Source: Sulfitobacter sp.
GTDB taxonomy: Bacteria > Bdellovibrionota > Bacteriovoracia > Bacteriovoracales > Bacteriovoracaceae
Length of the DNA stretch: 64,000 bases
Assembly: GCA_047630275.1 (NCBI GenBank)
Contig: JBLHVN010000002.1
Span: forward strand, 135,108-199,107
Direction of reading: 5' to 3'
Shown: piece after piece, positions 19,929 through 29,266 of the stretch
Position numbering within the stretch: position 1 is the first letter of the stretch
Layout of the letters: every line of letters starts with the position of its first letter
Notes under the pieces: generated by a model
Seen by the model: only the letters and a program-made list of their open reading frames with translations
What the model was told of the DNA's origin: nothing
Database searches by the model: none
Made by a program: the position numbers and the translations under genes

Positions 19929-21161
19929 ATGAAAAAGCTATTCTTAACTAGTATCCTACTGATCAGTACAGGAGCGTCAGCTCTTGAAATCCAGCCCTTA
20001 ACTGAAGCCTTCATCCTTCAGAAAAAGGAGAATAAGCTCTACCTTAAGGTCTTAAATGGTAAGGCTAAGAATAAGCTCGTCTGGGTTGATTACTCATTAG
20101 ATAACCCTACAGGAAAGATCTTTGGACCTAATCCCATCGACGCCCTTGCCAGACCTACAACTAATATTAATGAGGCTCTCTATATTCAGTTCCCTTTTAA
20201 AGTCGAAGCCACTGAAGACTCAGCTTCTTTTTCAGGCCAACATAAAGCGCGCTTAAAGAAGTACCTCTTTACTAGCCTTGAGCGCTATGTGCCTATCTCC
20301 AATCAAGACGTTCCTGATATTGCTGAGGACTACGCCCTTGCTTGTCCAGAAAGACCAAAGAGAAAGAACGGTGAATACTGTCATGAGGCCCGGGCCTTTA
20401 AACTTTCTGAGAAACTTAAATCAATCATTAGAGAAGAGGCTAACTCAGTTTCAGAGAAGCCAGAGCTAGTGGCCTCTATCATCCAGCATGAATCACTCTT
20501 TGATGTCTTCTCTGAGAACCTGCATGAAAAGAATAAATGCCTTAAAGATGAAAAGAACTGCTCGCCTTATAGATGGGGAGTCGGTCTGGCTCAACTTGGA
20601 GCAACAGACGCTGCTCTTTATGGCCTTGATTGGAACCTCAAGGTTAAAAAACCTAAGGCCTGTAAGAAATCAAAGATAACGAATGATGAATGCCTCACAA
20701 AACTAATAAAGACTTGCTCTAAGTATAATGCCCATAAGTTAAAACCTATCAATTGCCCAAGGGCCGCCATTAGAGCGACGGCCTTAAAGATCAAGGCCAT
20801 GATTCCTGATAATGTACCTGCTTGGGTTAAAGAAGATGGTAAGGTCAAGCTAGTTAACCTCTCAAATGAACTTCAAAAAAATGAAGTTGAGAAGATGAGA
20901 AATCAAATTGGTTTTTATAATAGAAGTATTAAAGTAGTGAATTCTTTTGTTGAATACTACGATACTCATGGAAGCTTTCCTCTAACCTATGGAGCCGCTT
21001 GGGCCATGGTCAGATCACCTAAGTCTCCTAGTATCTCTATGGGCTATCAGATGCTCACAAAAGAATATATCAATCGCTGTTATGTTTGGGAGCTAGCGGG
21101 TCTCTGCGGTGATCTTCCCGCTCACGGGCTTATCTCACAGTACCAAAAACAACTTAAGTAA
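19929..21161 (+). CDS. Secreted protein with a possible SLT-type lytic transglycosylase motif
   Basis: Has a signal peptide. IIQHESLFDV ... WGVGLAQLG resembles the SLT E-S ... G-L-M-Q motif, but with a long insertion. Confidence 0.45.
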   Translation: MKKLFLTSILLISTGASALEIQPLTEAFILQKKENKLYLKVLNGKAKNKLVWVDYSLDNPTGKIFGPNPIDALARPTTNINEALYIQFPFKVEATEDSASFSGQHKARLKKYLFTSLERYVPISNQDVPDIAEDYALACPERPKRKNGEYCHEARAFKLSEKLKSIIREEANSVSEKPELVASIIQHESLFDVFSENLHEKNKCLKDEKNCSPYRWGVGLAQLGATDAALYGLDWNLKVKKPKACKKSKITNDECLTKLIKTCSKYNAHKLKPINCPRAAIRATALKIKAMIPDNVPAWVKEDGKVKLVNLSNELQKNEVEKMRNQIGFYNRSIKVVNSFVEYYDTHGSFPLTYGAAWAMVRSPKSPSISMGYQMLTKEYINRCYVWELAGLCGDLPAHGLISQYQKQLK

Positions 21162-21165
21162 AAAA

Positions 21166-21189
21166 AAGGCCGTCTCTATGGACGGCCTT
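21166..21189. terminator. Bidirectional intrinsic terminator hairpin
   Basis: Perfect 9-bp stem aaggccgtc/gacggcctt with a 6-nt loop, preceded by A7. It lies between convergent genes. Confidence 0.65.
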
Positions 21190-21213
21190 ATCGTTCTAAA
21201 TTTCAAATATTAA

Positions 21214-21948
21214 TTAGTTAAAAAGAATCGCTACAGCATTTCTACAAACTTCTGCAGATGTTCTCCACCAGCCGCTTGTGCGTGAAGTCTTAACTGCTCC
21301 ACCGTTAACACTAACACTGATGTCATCAACTTGACCTTGAAGAACAAGGTTTTCAGTACATGACTGCTCTAGTTCAAAGATATTATTTCCCATAGCTAGA
21401 ATTGGTTGAGAATCAGCGTCCCCTGTCATGATGTATTGCTTACGACTTAAATGAATTCCTTGTTTCATAGATTCATTAAGGATCATCTTGGTTAAAACTT
21501 TACATTTTTCAGCGTTAGTTCTCCACCAACCACTCGTTCGTTCTTTTACTTGAGTAGCTCCGTTGAATGAAAGGTAAATATCATCAATTTGACCTTGACC
21601 TACTTCTTCAGCACGAACAAGACATTGTTGCTCGAAATCTCCAATGTCTCCCGCTTGAAGTAAAAAGGCATCACTTTCAAATTTAACATTAGCTATATAT
21701 TGGTTACCACCGTTTCCACCACCATTACCACCGCCGCCACCTTGGCCACGAACGATACTGATTGCTTCACGAGTAGACTTGAGTGCTTGTCTTAAATCAC
21801 GAACAGTCATAACAGTTAAGTTACGATCTACGGCACGTTGTAGGTTGTTAGTTGCTTTTAATAATTTTGCTTCTAAAGTTTGACGGTCTTGGGCATGAGC
21901 TGCTCCAAGGGTTGATACGGCTAAAACCGCTAATAAAATTCTCTTCAT
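21214..21948 (-). CDS. Secreted protein with an internally duplicated ~100-aa domain
   Basis: AAGGAGAG RBS before the ATG at 21948 (MKRILLAVLAVSTLGAAHA). GGGGGNGGGNGGN linker. Two copies of a C-x..GQ(I/V)DDI..(F/V)NG..TSGWWRT(N/S)AE(K/V)C module. Confidence 0.6.
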   Translation of the reverse strand: MKRILLAVLAVSTLGAAHAQDRQTLEAKLLKATNNLQRAVDRNLTVMTVRDLRQALKSTREAISIVRGQGGGGGNGGGNGGNQYIANVKFESDAFLLQAGDIGDFEQQCLVRAEEVGQGQIDDIYLSFNGATQVKERTSGWWRTNAEKCKVLTKMILNESMKQGIHLSRKQYIMTGDADSQPILAMGNNIFELEQSCTENLVLQGQVDDISVSVNGGAVKTSRTSGWWRTSAEVCRNAVAILFN

Positions 21949-22082
21949 CTCTCTCTCCTTAGGTTGAGTCATACGACTCTTCAGCGGCAAAGTACTTGCC
22001 CGCCATCAAAAGCTCAAGGAGATTTAAAGAATTTTCACAGTGGTAGCAAAATGACACTCATAAAATTAGCTACTTAAAAAGA

Positions 22083-22913
22083 TCAGGCAAAAACAATTGT
22101 TCTATTGTTATTAACAAAGACTCTATCGCGAAGAACCAGTTTTATTCCTTTTGTGAAGACTCGCTTTTCAACATCACGCCCGGCCCGGCTCATCTCTAAA
22201 GCGGAATGACTATGATCAACACGAATCACATCTTGATAAATGATTGGCCCTTCATCTAAGTCATTATTCACAAAGTGAGCAGTGGCGCCGATGATCTTTA
22301 CCCCTCTTTTATAGGCCTGTTTATAAGGATTCGCCCCTATAAAGGAAGGAAGAAAGCTATGATGGATATTGATGATCTTATTGGGAAATTCAGCCACAAA
22401 CTCGGGACTCAAGATTCGCATAAACTTAGCTAGTAAAACAAAATCAGGATCTAATTCTTTAATCTTTTTAATAATCAGTTCTTCATGTTTTGTTCGTTCA
22501 ATATTTTTATGACTGATTTCAAACCAAGGAATATTAAATTTTTCTGTTAGGTCTTTACAGTCAGGATGATTTCCAATCACGCCTAAGATATCCATATCAA
22601 GGTTGCCAGTATAGTGCCTAAGAAGAAGATCCCCAATGCAATGACTCTCTTTAGTCACCATGATGACCACTTTCTTTTTTCGGCTTTCGACAAATTTAAA
22701 GTTAGAGTTTTTCGGTAAGACTTCAAGAATCTCTTTTTCTACTTCTTTTTGGTCAAACTCACCGGTAACACCCGCCCTCATATAAAACTGATTGGTTTCT
22801 TCGTCGGCGAACTCATGAAACTCTACTAAGTTTAATTTAAACTTGGCAAGGACCGTGGTCACGCGTGCGATGATTCCTAATTCGTCCTTACATTCTATTA
22901 ATAAGATCTTCAC
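22083..22913 (-). CDS. purU: Formyltetrahydrofolate deformylase
   Basis: N-terminal ACT-like region plus a formyltransferase core, HHSFLPSFIGANPYKQAYKRGVKIIGATAHFV. Confidence 0.9.
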   Translation of the reverse strand: MKILLIECKDELGIIARVTTVLAKFKLNLVEFHEFADEETNQFYMRAGVTGEFDQKEVEKEILEVLPKNSNFKFVESRKKKVVIMVTKESHCIGDLLLRHYTGNLDMDILGVIGNHPDCKDLTEKFNIPWFEISHKNIERTKHEELIIKKIKELDPDFVLLAKFMRILSPEFVAEFPNKIINIHHSFLPSFIGANPYKQAYKRGVKIIGATAHFVNNDLDEGPIIYQDVIRVDHSHSALEMSRAGRDVEKRVFTKGIKLVLRDRVFVNNNRTIVFA

Positions 22914-25369
22914 TGTTTTATCTTCTCCATCTTAGGATCATACATGGGCCTAAGGGAGACTTCCGCTGGATAGATAGTTCCTGCTATTTCAATAGTCCAT
23001 TCCCCCCCGTCTATAAAGTCTTTATTAACAGGCTCACCACCTTCAATCATAAAGAGCCCTACTGCCCCCCCTAAGGTATGCCCATACGAAGCGGCCCTAA
23101 CATAACCCATATCTTTTCCGTCTCTTCTAATCACTTCAGCGTGACAAAGTAGAGGCAAAGGATCTTTAACTAAGACTTGAGCTAGCCTGCGCGTTAGCAT
23201 GGTGGCCTTTTCTGGCTTTAACTTTAAAGCGGCTTCTTTTCCGATAAAGTCTTCTTTTGTCATATCAACGGCAAAGCCAAGACCTGTTTCAAAGGGGTCA
23301 TCGGTATTATCAATATCATGACCGTAATCACGATAGCCTTTTTCCATTCTAAGAGAGCCTAAGGCGCGAAGTCCGGCGTGAGCTAAGTTAAACTCCTTAC
23401 CGGCATTTACCACTTCATCATAAACCTGAACCGCTTGCTCACTTGGAATGTAGAGTTCAAAGCCAAGCTCACCTACATAAGTAATCCTAACTAACCATAA
23501 CTTTGAATAACCAATAGAGATCTCTTTAGCCGCTCTAAAAGGAAAGGCCTCATTACTAAGATCAGTTCCAGTTAGTTTTTGAAGTAGCTCTCTAGACTTT
23601 GGACCTTGAACATTTAACTGGCTAAGCCCTCCTGTTACGTCATGAACAAAACAATGCTCATCATCAAGGATGGCGCGCTTCATATGAGTTTCAACATGTC
23701 GGTGCATAGTATCGGTTACAACAACAAGATACTTTTCATCACTCATCTTAGTAACCGTTAGATCAGCTTCAAGTTTTCCCTTTTTATTTAACCACTGAGT
23801 ATAAGTAATAAGTCCTACTTCAGTATCAACATTATTAGCAGAGATTCGGTTCAGCATAGCTCCAGCGTCTCGCCCAACCACTTCAAATTTCCCCATAAAG
23901 GACATGTCCATGATCATGACATTTTCTCTAGCTGCCTTATGCTCCTCTTCCCAGTTTGAAAACCAATTCTCTCTTCCCCAACTAAGCTCCTCTACTTCAG
24001 CTTTCTCGCCAGGGCGAGCAAACCAAGCGGGACTCTCCCAACCACTAACATCAGTAAAATAAGCCCCAGCCTCTTTCATGCGATCATAAAAAGGCGACTT
24101 CTTACAATCCCTTGCGGTTTGTGGAATCTTAAAAGGGTAATGGCATTTATAAACATTCCCAAGAGTTTCAACAGTTCTATGGGCGCGGTACTTTGGCGTG
24201 TTCTGATAAGTATGAAGCCTATCGATATTCATTCCCGTGACATCGTATTGAGGAAGACCCGTCATGATCCATTCGGCCATTAACTTTCCTATTCCTCCAC
24301 CAGTAAGAATTCCAATTGAATTTAGGCCCGCGGCCACAAAGTAATTCTTAAGCTCAGGAGCTTCACCAATAATAGGCGCCATGTCCGGTGTAAAACTCTC
24401 CGGTCCGCAGAAGAACTTTCTAAGCCCCACTTCCATAGTAATAGGAACTCTCGCCATGGCCTTCTCTAGAAAAGGAGTCATGCGGTCCCAATCAGGAGAT
24501 AGGTCTTGAAAAGAAAAATTAGCTGGAATCTCTGAGTCCGCAAGCCAAGGAGCGCAAACAGGCTCGAACATTCCCACCATGATGCCATCAACTTCTTGAC
24601 GGTAATAGCCATAGCTAGAAGGGTCTTCTAAGACGGGCATGTTTTGAGGCAGTCCTTTAATTTCATCTGTAATTAAATAATAATGTTCAGCCGCTTGGTT
24701 AGGAATAGTGATACCATTTTTTTCACCAAACTGACGGGCCCACATTCCGGCGCAGTTAACCACGTACTCACAAGAGATATCTCCTTGCTCTGTAGTCACT
24801 CCTGTGACGGCGCCCTGTTTTGTTGTAACGCCAGTTACAGTCACCCCTTGAATTAACTGAGCCCCTTGCATACGGGCGCCCTTTGCCATGGCCATAGTTG
24901 CTCCCACTGGATCAACCTTTCCATCTGTTGGAACATAAAAGCCTGCTTCAAGATCATCCACATGAGCGAGGGGAAAAAGGTCTTTAATTTCTTTGGGAGA
25001 GATTTCTTGAACATCAATTCCGCAGTAACGGTTAAAAGCAGAAACCCTTCTATATTCTTCAAGACGGTCTTTATTAGAAGCGGCCTCGATAAAACCAATA
25101 GGTTGAAAGCCAGGTGAATGCCCCGTCTCTGCTTCAAGCTTTGAGTATAGATCTTTTGTATATTTTCTAAGTTCTGTTGAAGTCTCTGAAGTTGAACCAA
25201 AAGTAACCATAAGCCCGGCCGCATGCCAGGTGGTTCCCGCAGTCAATTCACTTTGCTCTAAGAGGACAATGTCTTTCCAGCCTGCATGGGCCAAGTGATA
25301 GGCCGTTGAAACCCCTATAATTCCACCGCCAACAATAACAACACGTGCGTGCTTTGGTACTTCAACCAT
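22910..25369 (-). CDS. FAD-dependent dimethylglycine/sarcosine dehydrogenase family protein (DAO plus GcvT folate-binding domains)
   Basis: 819 aa. N-terminal VVIVGGGIIGVSTAYHLAH Rossmann fold and a C-terminal aminomethyltransferase-like half. It overlaps purU by 4 nt. Confidence 0.88.
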   Translation of the reverse strand: MVEVPKHARVVIVGGGIIGVSTAYHLAHAGWKDIVLLEQSELTAGTTWHAAGLMVTFGSTSETSTELRKYTKDLYSKLEAETGHSPGFQPIGFIEAASNKDRLEEYRRVSAFNRYCGIDVQEISPKEIKDLFPLAHVDDLEAGFYVPTDGKVDPVGATMAMAKGARMQGAQLIQGVTVTGVTTKQGAVTGVTTEQGDISCEYVVNCAGMWARQFGEKNGITIPNQAAEHYYLITDEIKGLPQNMPVLEDPSSYGYYRQEVDGIMVGMFEPVCAPWLADSEIPANFSFQDLSPDWDRMTPFLEKAMARVPITMEVGLRKFFCGPESFTPDMAPIIGEAPELKNYFVAAGLNSIGILTGGGIGKLMAEWIMTGLPQYDVTGMNIDRLHTYQNTPKYRAHRTVETLGNVYKCHYPFKIPQTARDCKKSPFYDRMKEAGAYFTDVSGWESPAWFARPGEKAEVEELSWGRENWFSNWEEEHKAARENVMIMDMSFMGKFEVVGRDAGAMLNRISANNVDTEVGLITYTQWLNKKGKLEADLTVTKMSDEKYLVVVTDTMHRHVETHMKRAILDDEHCFVHDVTGGLSQLNVQGPKSRELLQKLTGTDLSNEAFPFRAAKEISIGYSKLWLVRITYVGELGFELYIPSEQAVQVYDEVVNAGKEFNLAHAGLRALGSLRMEKGYRDYGHDIDNTDDPFETGLGFAVDMTKEDFIGKEAALKLKPEKATMLTRRLAQVLVKDPLPLLCHAEVIRRDGKDMGYVRAASYGHTLGGAVGLFMIEGGEPVNKDFIDGGEWTIEIAGTIYPAEVSLRPMYDPKMEKIKQ

Positions 25370-25629
25370 AATGATCCCCTAGATATTGAAAGCAAAATAC
25401 TATAATGATATGGCCCCCTAAGTCATATTGCGCTGTTTAAATAAATGGGGATTAAATCTTTTAATCTCAAGTACTTACCCTCAAAACAACTATCTAATTA
25501 TTAAATAGCTTCTATCAACTCGATAGAATTAAATTCATGACGGTTTATTTGTTACTCAACAGAAACACTTGTTTGACATATCAAACTAAAGTTCTTAAAC
25601 ACTTACTAACAACAATTAACGGAGAGAAC

Positions 25630-26790
25630 ATGTCGAAATATTTTTTATTACTATGCTTACTTACCAATATGGCCGCTGCTAATACTGAAGGCCTTGAAGA
25701 GATCAATGCCAAGCTAGAGGCCTTAAGTGATGAAGTCTTAACTCTTAAGAACACAAAAGGATCTGAGTCAAAGACTCACTTTGGCGGCTACGGAGAATTT
25801 GTCTATATCAATAAGAGATCAACTGATGAAAAGAATCAAAAAGTCGCTAATAGCACTAACCCAAAGATAGATGCTCAGCGCTTTATTCTTTATATTGGCC
25901 ATGATTTTTCTAAGAGATGGAAACTAACTAGTGAGATCGAAGTTGAACACGCCAATCAAATCTTTTTAGAACAAGGGACTATTGATTATCTTTACTCAGA
26001 CGCTATCAATGTCCAAGCCGGTGTCATGCTGATTCCTGTTGGGATCATCAATATTCATCATGAGCCTACAACTTTCTTTGGTGTTAACCGTCCTGAGATC
26101 ACTTCAAAATTAATCCCTACAACTTGGCGTGAGCTTGGGGTTTCCTTCTTTGGTAAGACAAATGGACTAAGCTACCGAGTCTCTTTAGTAGACGGGCTCT
26201 TAGCTTCAGGCTTCTCTTCTGATGGCGTAAGATCTGGTCGTCAAAAAGCCAGTCAAGCTGAAGGACGAGACCTAGCATGGGTTACAAGACTTGATTACGA
26301 TATTGCAGGAATGGCAACAGTCGGTGGTTCAGCCTATGTGGGTAAAGCTGGTGGCGTGGGAACGGATGTCTCGCATAAGGTCTTTGATCTTCATGTAAGC
26401 AGCAAGTTTAAGGGCTTTAATTTTAGCGCCCTTTATACAACAGTTAAGATTGGAAAGTCTGATGAACTAAACATTGAAAGAAGCAAGACAGGAAATAGCT
26501 CAATCGCTAAAGAGATGGACGGTTACTATCTAACTCTTGGCTATAATGTCTTAAGGGGCGTTACCGATTGGGAACTCTCTCCTTTTGTTCGCTATGAAAA
26601 CTATAATACACAAAGCAAAGTTGGGGCCGCCTACACAAAAGATCTTTCCAAAGATCGCACAAATATCACCTATGGTGTATCAGTAAAACCTCTTGAAAAT
26701 ATCGTCTTTAAGGCCGATTATGTTAAAGCTACTAACAAACTAAAGACCGGAGTTGACTCCTGGAATTTAGGGATGGGATGGAATTTCTGA
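25630..26790 (+). CDS. Putative outer-membrane porin with an N-terminal coiled coil
   Basis: GGAGAG RBS. Signal peptide MSKYFLLLCLLTNMAAA, then LEEINAKLEALSDEVLTLKN, then beta-strand-like alternation ending in ..GMGWNF. Confidence 0.5.
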   Translation: MSKYFLLLCLLTNMAAANTEGLEEINAKLEALSDEVLTLKNTKGSESKTHFGGYGEFVYINKRSTDEKNQKVANSTNPKIDAQRFILYIGHDFSKRWKLTSEIEVEHANQIFLEQGTIDYLYSDAINVQAGVMLIPVGIINIHHEPTTFFGVNRPEITSKLIPTTWRELGVSFFGKTNGLSYRVSLVDGLLASGFSSDGVRSGRQKASQAEGRDLAWVTRLDYDIAGMATVGGSAYVGKAGGVGTDVSHKVFDLHVSSKFKGFNFSALYTTVKIGKSDELNIERSKTGNSSIAKEMDGYYLTLGYNVLRGVTDWELSPFVRYENYNTQSKVGAAYTKDLSKDRTNITYGVSVKPLENIVFKADYVKATNKLKTGVDSWNLGMGWNF

Positions 26791-27242
26791 AGTATATTTT
26801 CCTAGTTTTAATATTTATTTCCAACACAACTCAGGCCGGAGATATCTCCGGCCTGCAGTTCTTTAAGGATAATCCAAGCTGTAAGGCTAAAAATAACTAC
26901 CTCTACCTTTCTAAGAAAAAGGCTGAGTATATAGGAAGCCGAATCATAAAAAGATATCAATTAAACTGCCCAGGCTCTCAAAGCACAGGTTATCTACTCA
27001 GTGATAAGATCCGCACTCACTATCAAACCCTCTTCACTATAGTTAAAGATAAAAAGATTCAAAAGATTGAGGTTCTCAACTTTCAAGAGCCGGCTAAGTA
27101 CCGCGCCCCTTTAAAGTGGTTAGAGTTAATGTTCTATAATAAGTTTTATGATGAAAAGAAAGTTGACTCTCTAACAGGCGCGACTTTAACCACTCAATCA
27201 GTTAAACGAATCTTAAAAAAGATTAAGAACCTTCAAGATTAA
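26778..27242 (+). CDS. FMN-binding domain protein (NqrC/RnfG-like FMN_bind)
   Basis: Has a signal peptide. VDSLTGATLTTQSV matches the (S/T)GAT(x)(S/T) flavinylation motif. It overlaps the porin gene by 13 nt. Confidence 0.6.
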   Translation: MEFLKYIFLVLIFISNTTQAGDISGLQFFKDNPSCKAKNNYLYLSKKKAEYIGSRIIKRYQLNCPGSQSTGYLLSDKIRTHYQTLFTIVKDKKIQKIEVLNFQEPAKYRAPLKWLELMFYNKFYDEKKVDSLTGATLTTQSVKRILKKIKNLQD

Positions 27243-27652
27243 TGAACTCTACCGAAAAAAGAAATATTCTATTCACTCTTGTAGCAAGCCTTCTAAGTGG
27301 AATCTCCATCTTCATTTTAGACAGCTATTTTCAAGTTGAAAAACCTTGGGGAGTGGTCTCACATCCCTATTTAGATAAGGCCAAGATGCTGCACTATCTT
27401 GTGACGCCTTTATTAGTTTTATCTATTGGTTTTATTATCAAGTCGCATATCTTTAAGAAGCTTAAGAACTTAGAATTTGAGAAAAAGAAGAGGACAGGCT
27501 TGATCCTATGTTTTTTACTAGTGGCCCTTATCTATTCAGGCCAGTCCCTGCTTTTTATAACAGATCCTACGATAAAATTAATCTTCGTCTATATTCATTT
27601 AGGGATTGGACTCTTAAGTGGGGCCACAGTTATGGCCCACCTTAGGAGTTGA
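27242..27652 (+). CDS. Four-TM membrane protein with conserved His residues (possible cytochrome-b/DUF4405-like)
   Basis: 136 aa with 4 hydrophobic helices. His residues sit near the helix ends (SHPYL, LHYL, KSHIF, YIHLG, MAHL). Start and stop are adjacent (TAATG). Confidence 0.45.
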   Translation: MNSTEKRNILFTLVASLLSGISIFILDSYFQVEKPWGVVSHPYLDKAKMLHYLVTPLLVLSIGFIIKSHIFKKLKNLEFEKKKRTGLILCFLLVALIYSGQSLLFITDPTIKLIFVYIHLGIGLLSGATVMAHLRS

Positions 27653-28663
27653 TTACATGCACTCGCGGGCGCGAGAGCCTTTCTTAAAGAGCTTCTTCTC
27701 AAAGAAGTCATAAGCTTTCTTACAGGCCTTAGCCCCTGGCCCTTTATTATTTAAAAGAATTGAAGGCTCTGTAACAAAGGCCGTTAAGACTTCAGCGAAG
27801 TGCTCATTTGATCTATTATCAGCGTAGCGAGAAACCAAGCAGGGAGCTTGTCCACCGCCACTGTCTTCTGTTCTAACCTTTCCGCCAATGGCGCTTAAAA
27901 AAGCGCTATAAACATTTCCGCCCCCACCTGGCATTGGTGAGTTACCAATTAAGTGCCCCCACTCATGAACATACTGGGCCACACTTAGGCCATGCTGGGC
28001 ATTACCTTTTCTTGAAATTCTAAATTTACTTCCAAACTGCTGACTACTCTTACTTTTATCGTCACACATTTCAAAAGGCATTGTTCTACTCGGTCTTCCG
28101 ATTTGAAAGACCCCACCATTAAGATACTGCATGGAAAGGATGGCCGCGCCTAAAGTTCTCATTTCAGTGCTCGAGGCATCTTTACTCTTACTATCAGAGG
28201 TCATCGAAAAGTTTTGAGAAGCAATGGCCTGCTTAGCTTTTTCTAGTGAGACATTCTCTATTGGGTAACATCCTCTTTCAGGACGAGGGTGATTCTTTAG
28301 CGAAATTCCATAACCAGGATCTTTTCCGCTAGGATTAACATTTCGTCTAAAGGGAGACTTTCCATTTGTACTAACAACCGGAACCGCTTTTGGAATGACT
28401 CCTGAAGGAGCGCAATCTCCCCCTGTTGGCAGATCTCCGGGGCTATTTACTATCCGAGTTACATCTTGAACTGCAGGAAGAGTTCTCCCGCCATTAGTTA
28501 AACTATCAAAAGCTCTTCGCCCCTCGGGAGTTGAATCCGCTGAAGCTGCCGCTGTTGATTGATAAACACTTTGAAAACCCTCTTGAGGAGTTTCACAAGA
28601 AGTGCTCAGGAGCACTAGCCCGCTAAGAATTAGGGTGTTTTTTATATTTCTCATTTTTTTCAT
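27653..28663 (-). CDS. Lipoprotein with an HExxH zinc-metalloprotease motif
   Basis: Lipobox LLSTSC. Contains YVHEWGHLIGNSP. Confidence 0.5.
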   Translation of the reverse strand: MKKMRNIKNTLILSGLVLLSTSCETPQEGFQSVYQSTAAASADSTPEGRRAFDSLTNGGRTLPAVQDVTRIVNSPGDLPTGGDCAPSGVIPKAVPVVSTNGKSPFRRNVNPSGKDPGYGISLKNHPRPERGCYPIENVSLEKAKQAIASQNFSMTSDSKSKDASSTEMRTLGAAILSMQYLNGGVFQIGRPSRTMPFEMCDDKSKSSQQFGSKFRISRKGNAQHGLSVAQYVHEWGHLIGNSPMPGGGGNVYSAFLSAIGGKVRTEDSGGGQAPCLVSRYADNRSNEHFAEVLTAFVTEPSILLNNKGPGAKACKKAYDFFEKKLFKKGSRARECM

Positions 28664-28679
28664 ATCTCACTCTAACATC

Positions 28680-28707
28680 TTGTCGGATTTAATCATGAAT
28701 ACCTTTA
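28680..28707 (-). promoter_or_regulatory. Sigma-28-like promoter (near consensus)
   Basis: The minus strand reads TAAA-N16-tCCGACAA. The -10 element ends 16 nt before the ATG at 28663. Confidence 0.45.
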
Positions 28708-29266
28708 ATAAGGTTACAAAGAAGAGTTATAACCAACTGAAAATACGGATAGGATCAAGGTTGAATGATAAAGAGGAAGAGCCCAGAATTGTGGGCAGAT
28801 TTATGACTTTAACTTTTCACTTTAAAACCGAAGATCTTTAGCTTTCTGTTTATCAAAAACAAAAGATCTAGTGATATATCTTCGAGTAGGTTATTTCTTA
28901 CTCGTTGCGGGATAATCAAAAATGACTCAGAACGCTGTACTTATTTACATGGTCCTTAATTTTTTCTCAAATTTCTAAACCACCTAAGATTCGAACAAGA
29001 ACATGGCTCAGTTCCAAAAGAAACTTCCTCAGAGAAATATGCGAAATCTTAATTTTTTATATAGTTGACTAAACAAGTTCAGTTAATTAGAAGTCCTCAA
29101 TTGAAAAATTATATATTTGCAATTTCAGGGCTTTATAACGCACATGTAAGTCTCTGTAAGTTTTTAGCAATATTACACACATGGCCGGAGCACCTGGCTA
29201 ATGAATTATTTTATAAACATGGTGAGCGCTCAATGTTCATCAAAACAAACTCATAGGAGAGTAAGA

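Noticed and set aside
24853-25224. 123-aa and 83-aa ORFs inside the dehydrogenase gene.
   Set aside because: They are alternative-frame or antisense ORFs nested in a well-supported 819-aa enzyme gene.
25396-25420. TTGAAA ... TATAAT pair upstream of the porin-like gene as a sigma-70 promoter.
   Set aside because: The spacer is only 9 nt, far from the required 16-18 nt. The two hexamers cannot work together as written.
29065-29256. 63-aa ORF in the long leader upstream of P1, plus the upstream extension of P1 from 29201.
   Set aside because: It has no RBS and an implausible composition. The ATG at 29267 has an AGGAGA RBS and a signal peptide. The region is better treated as promoter or 5' UTR.
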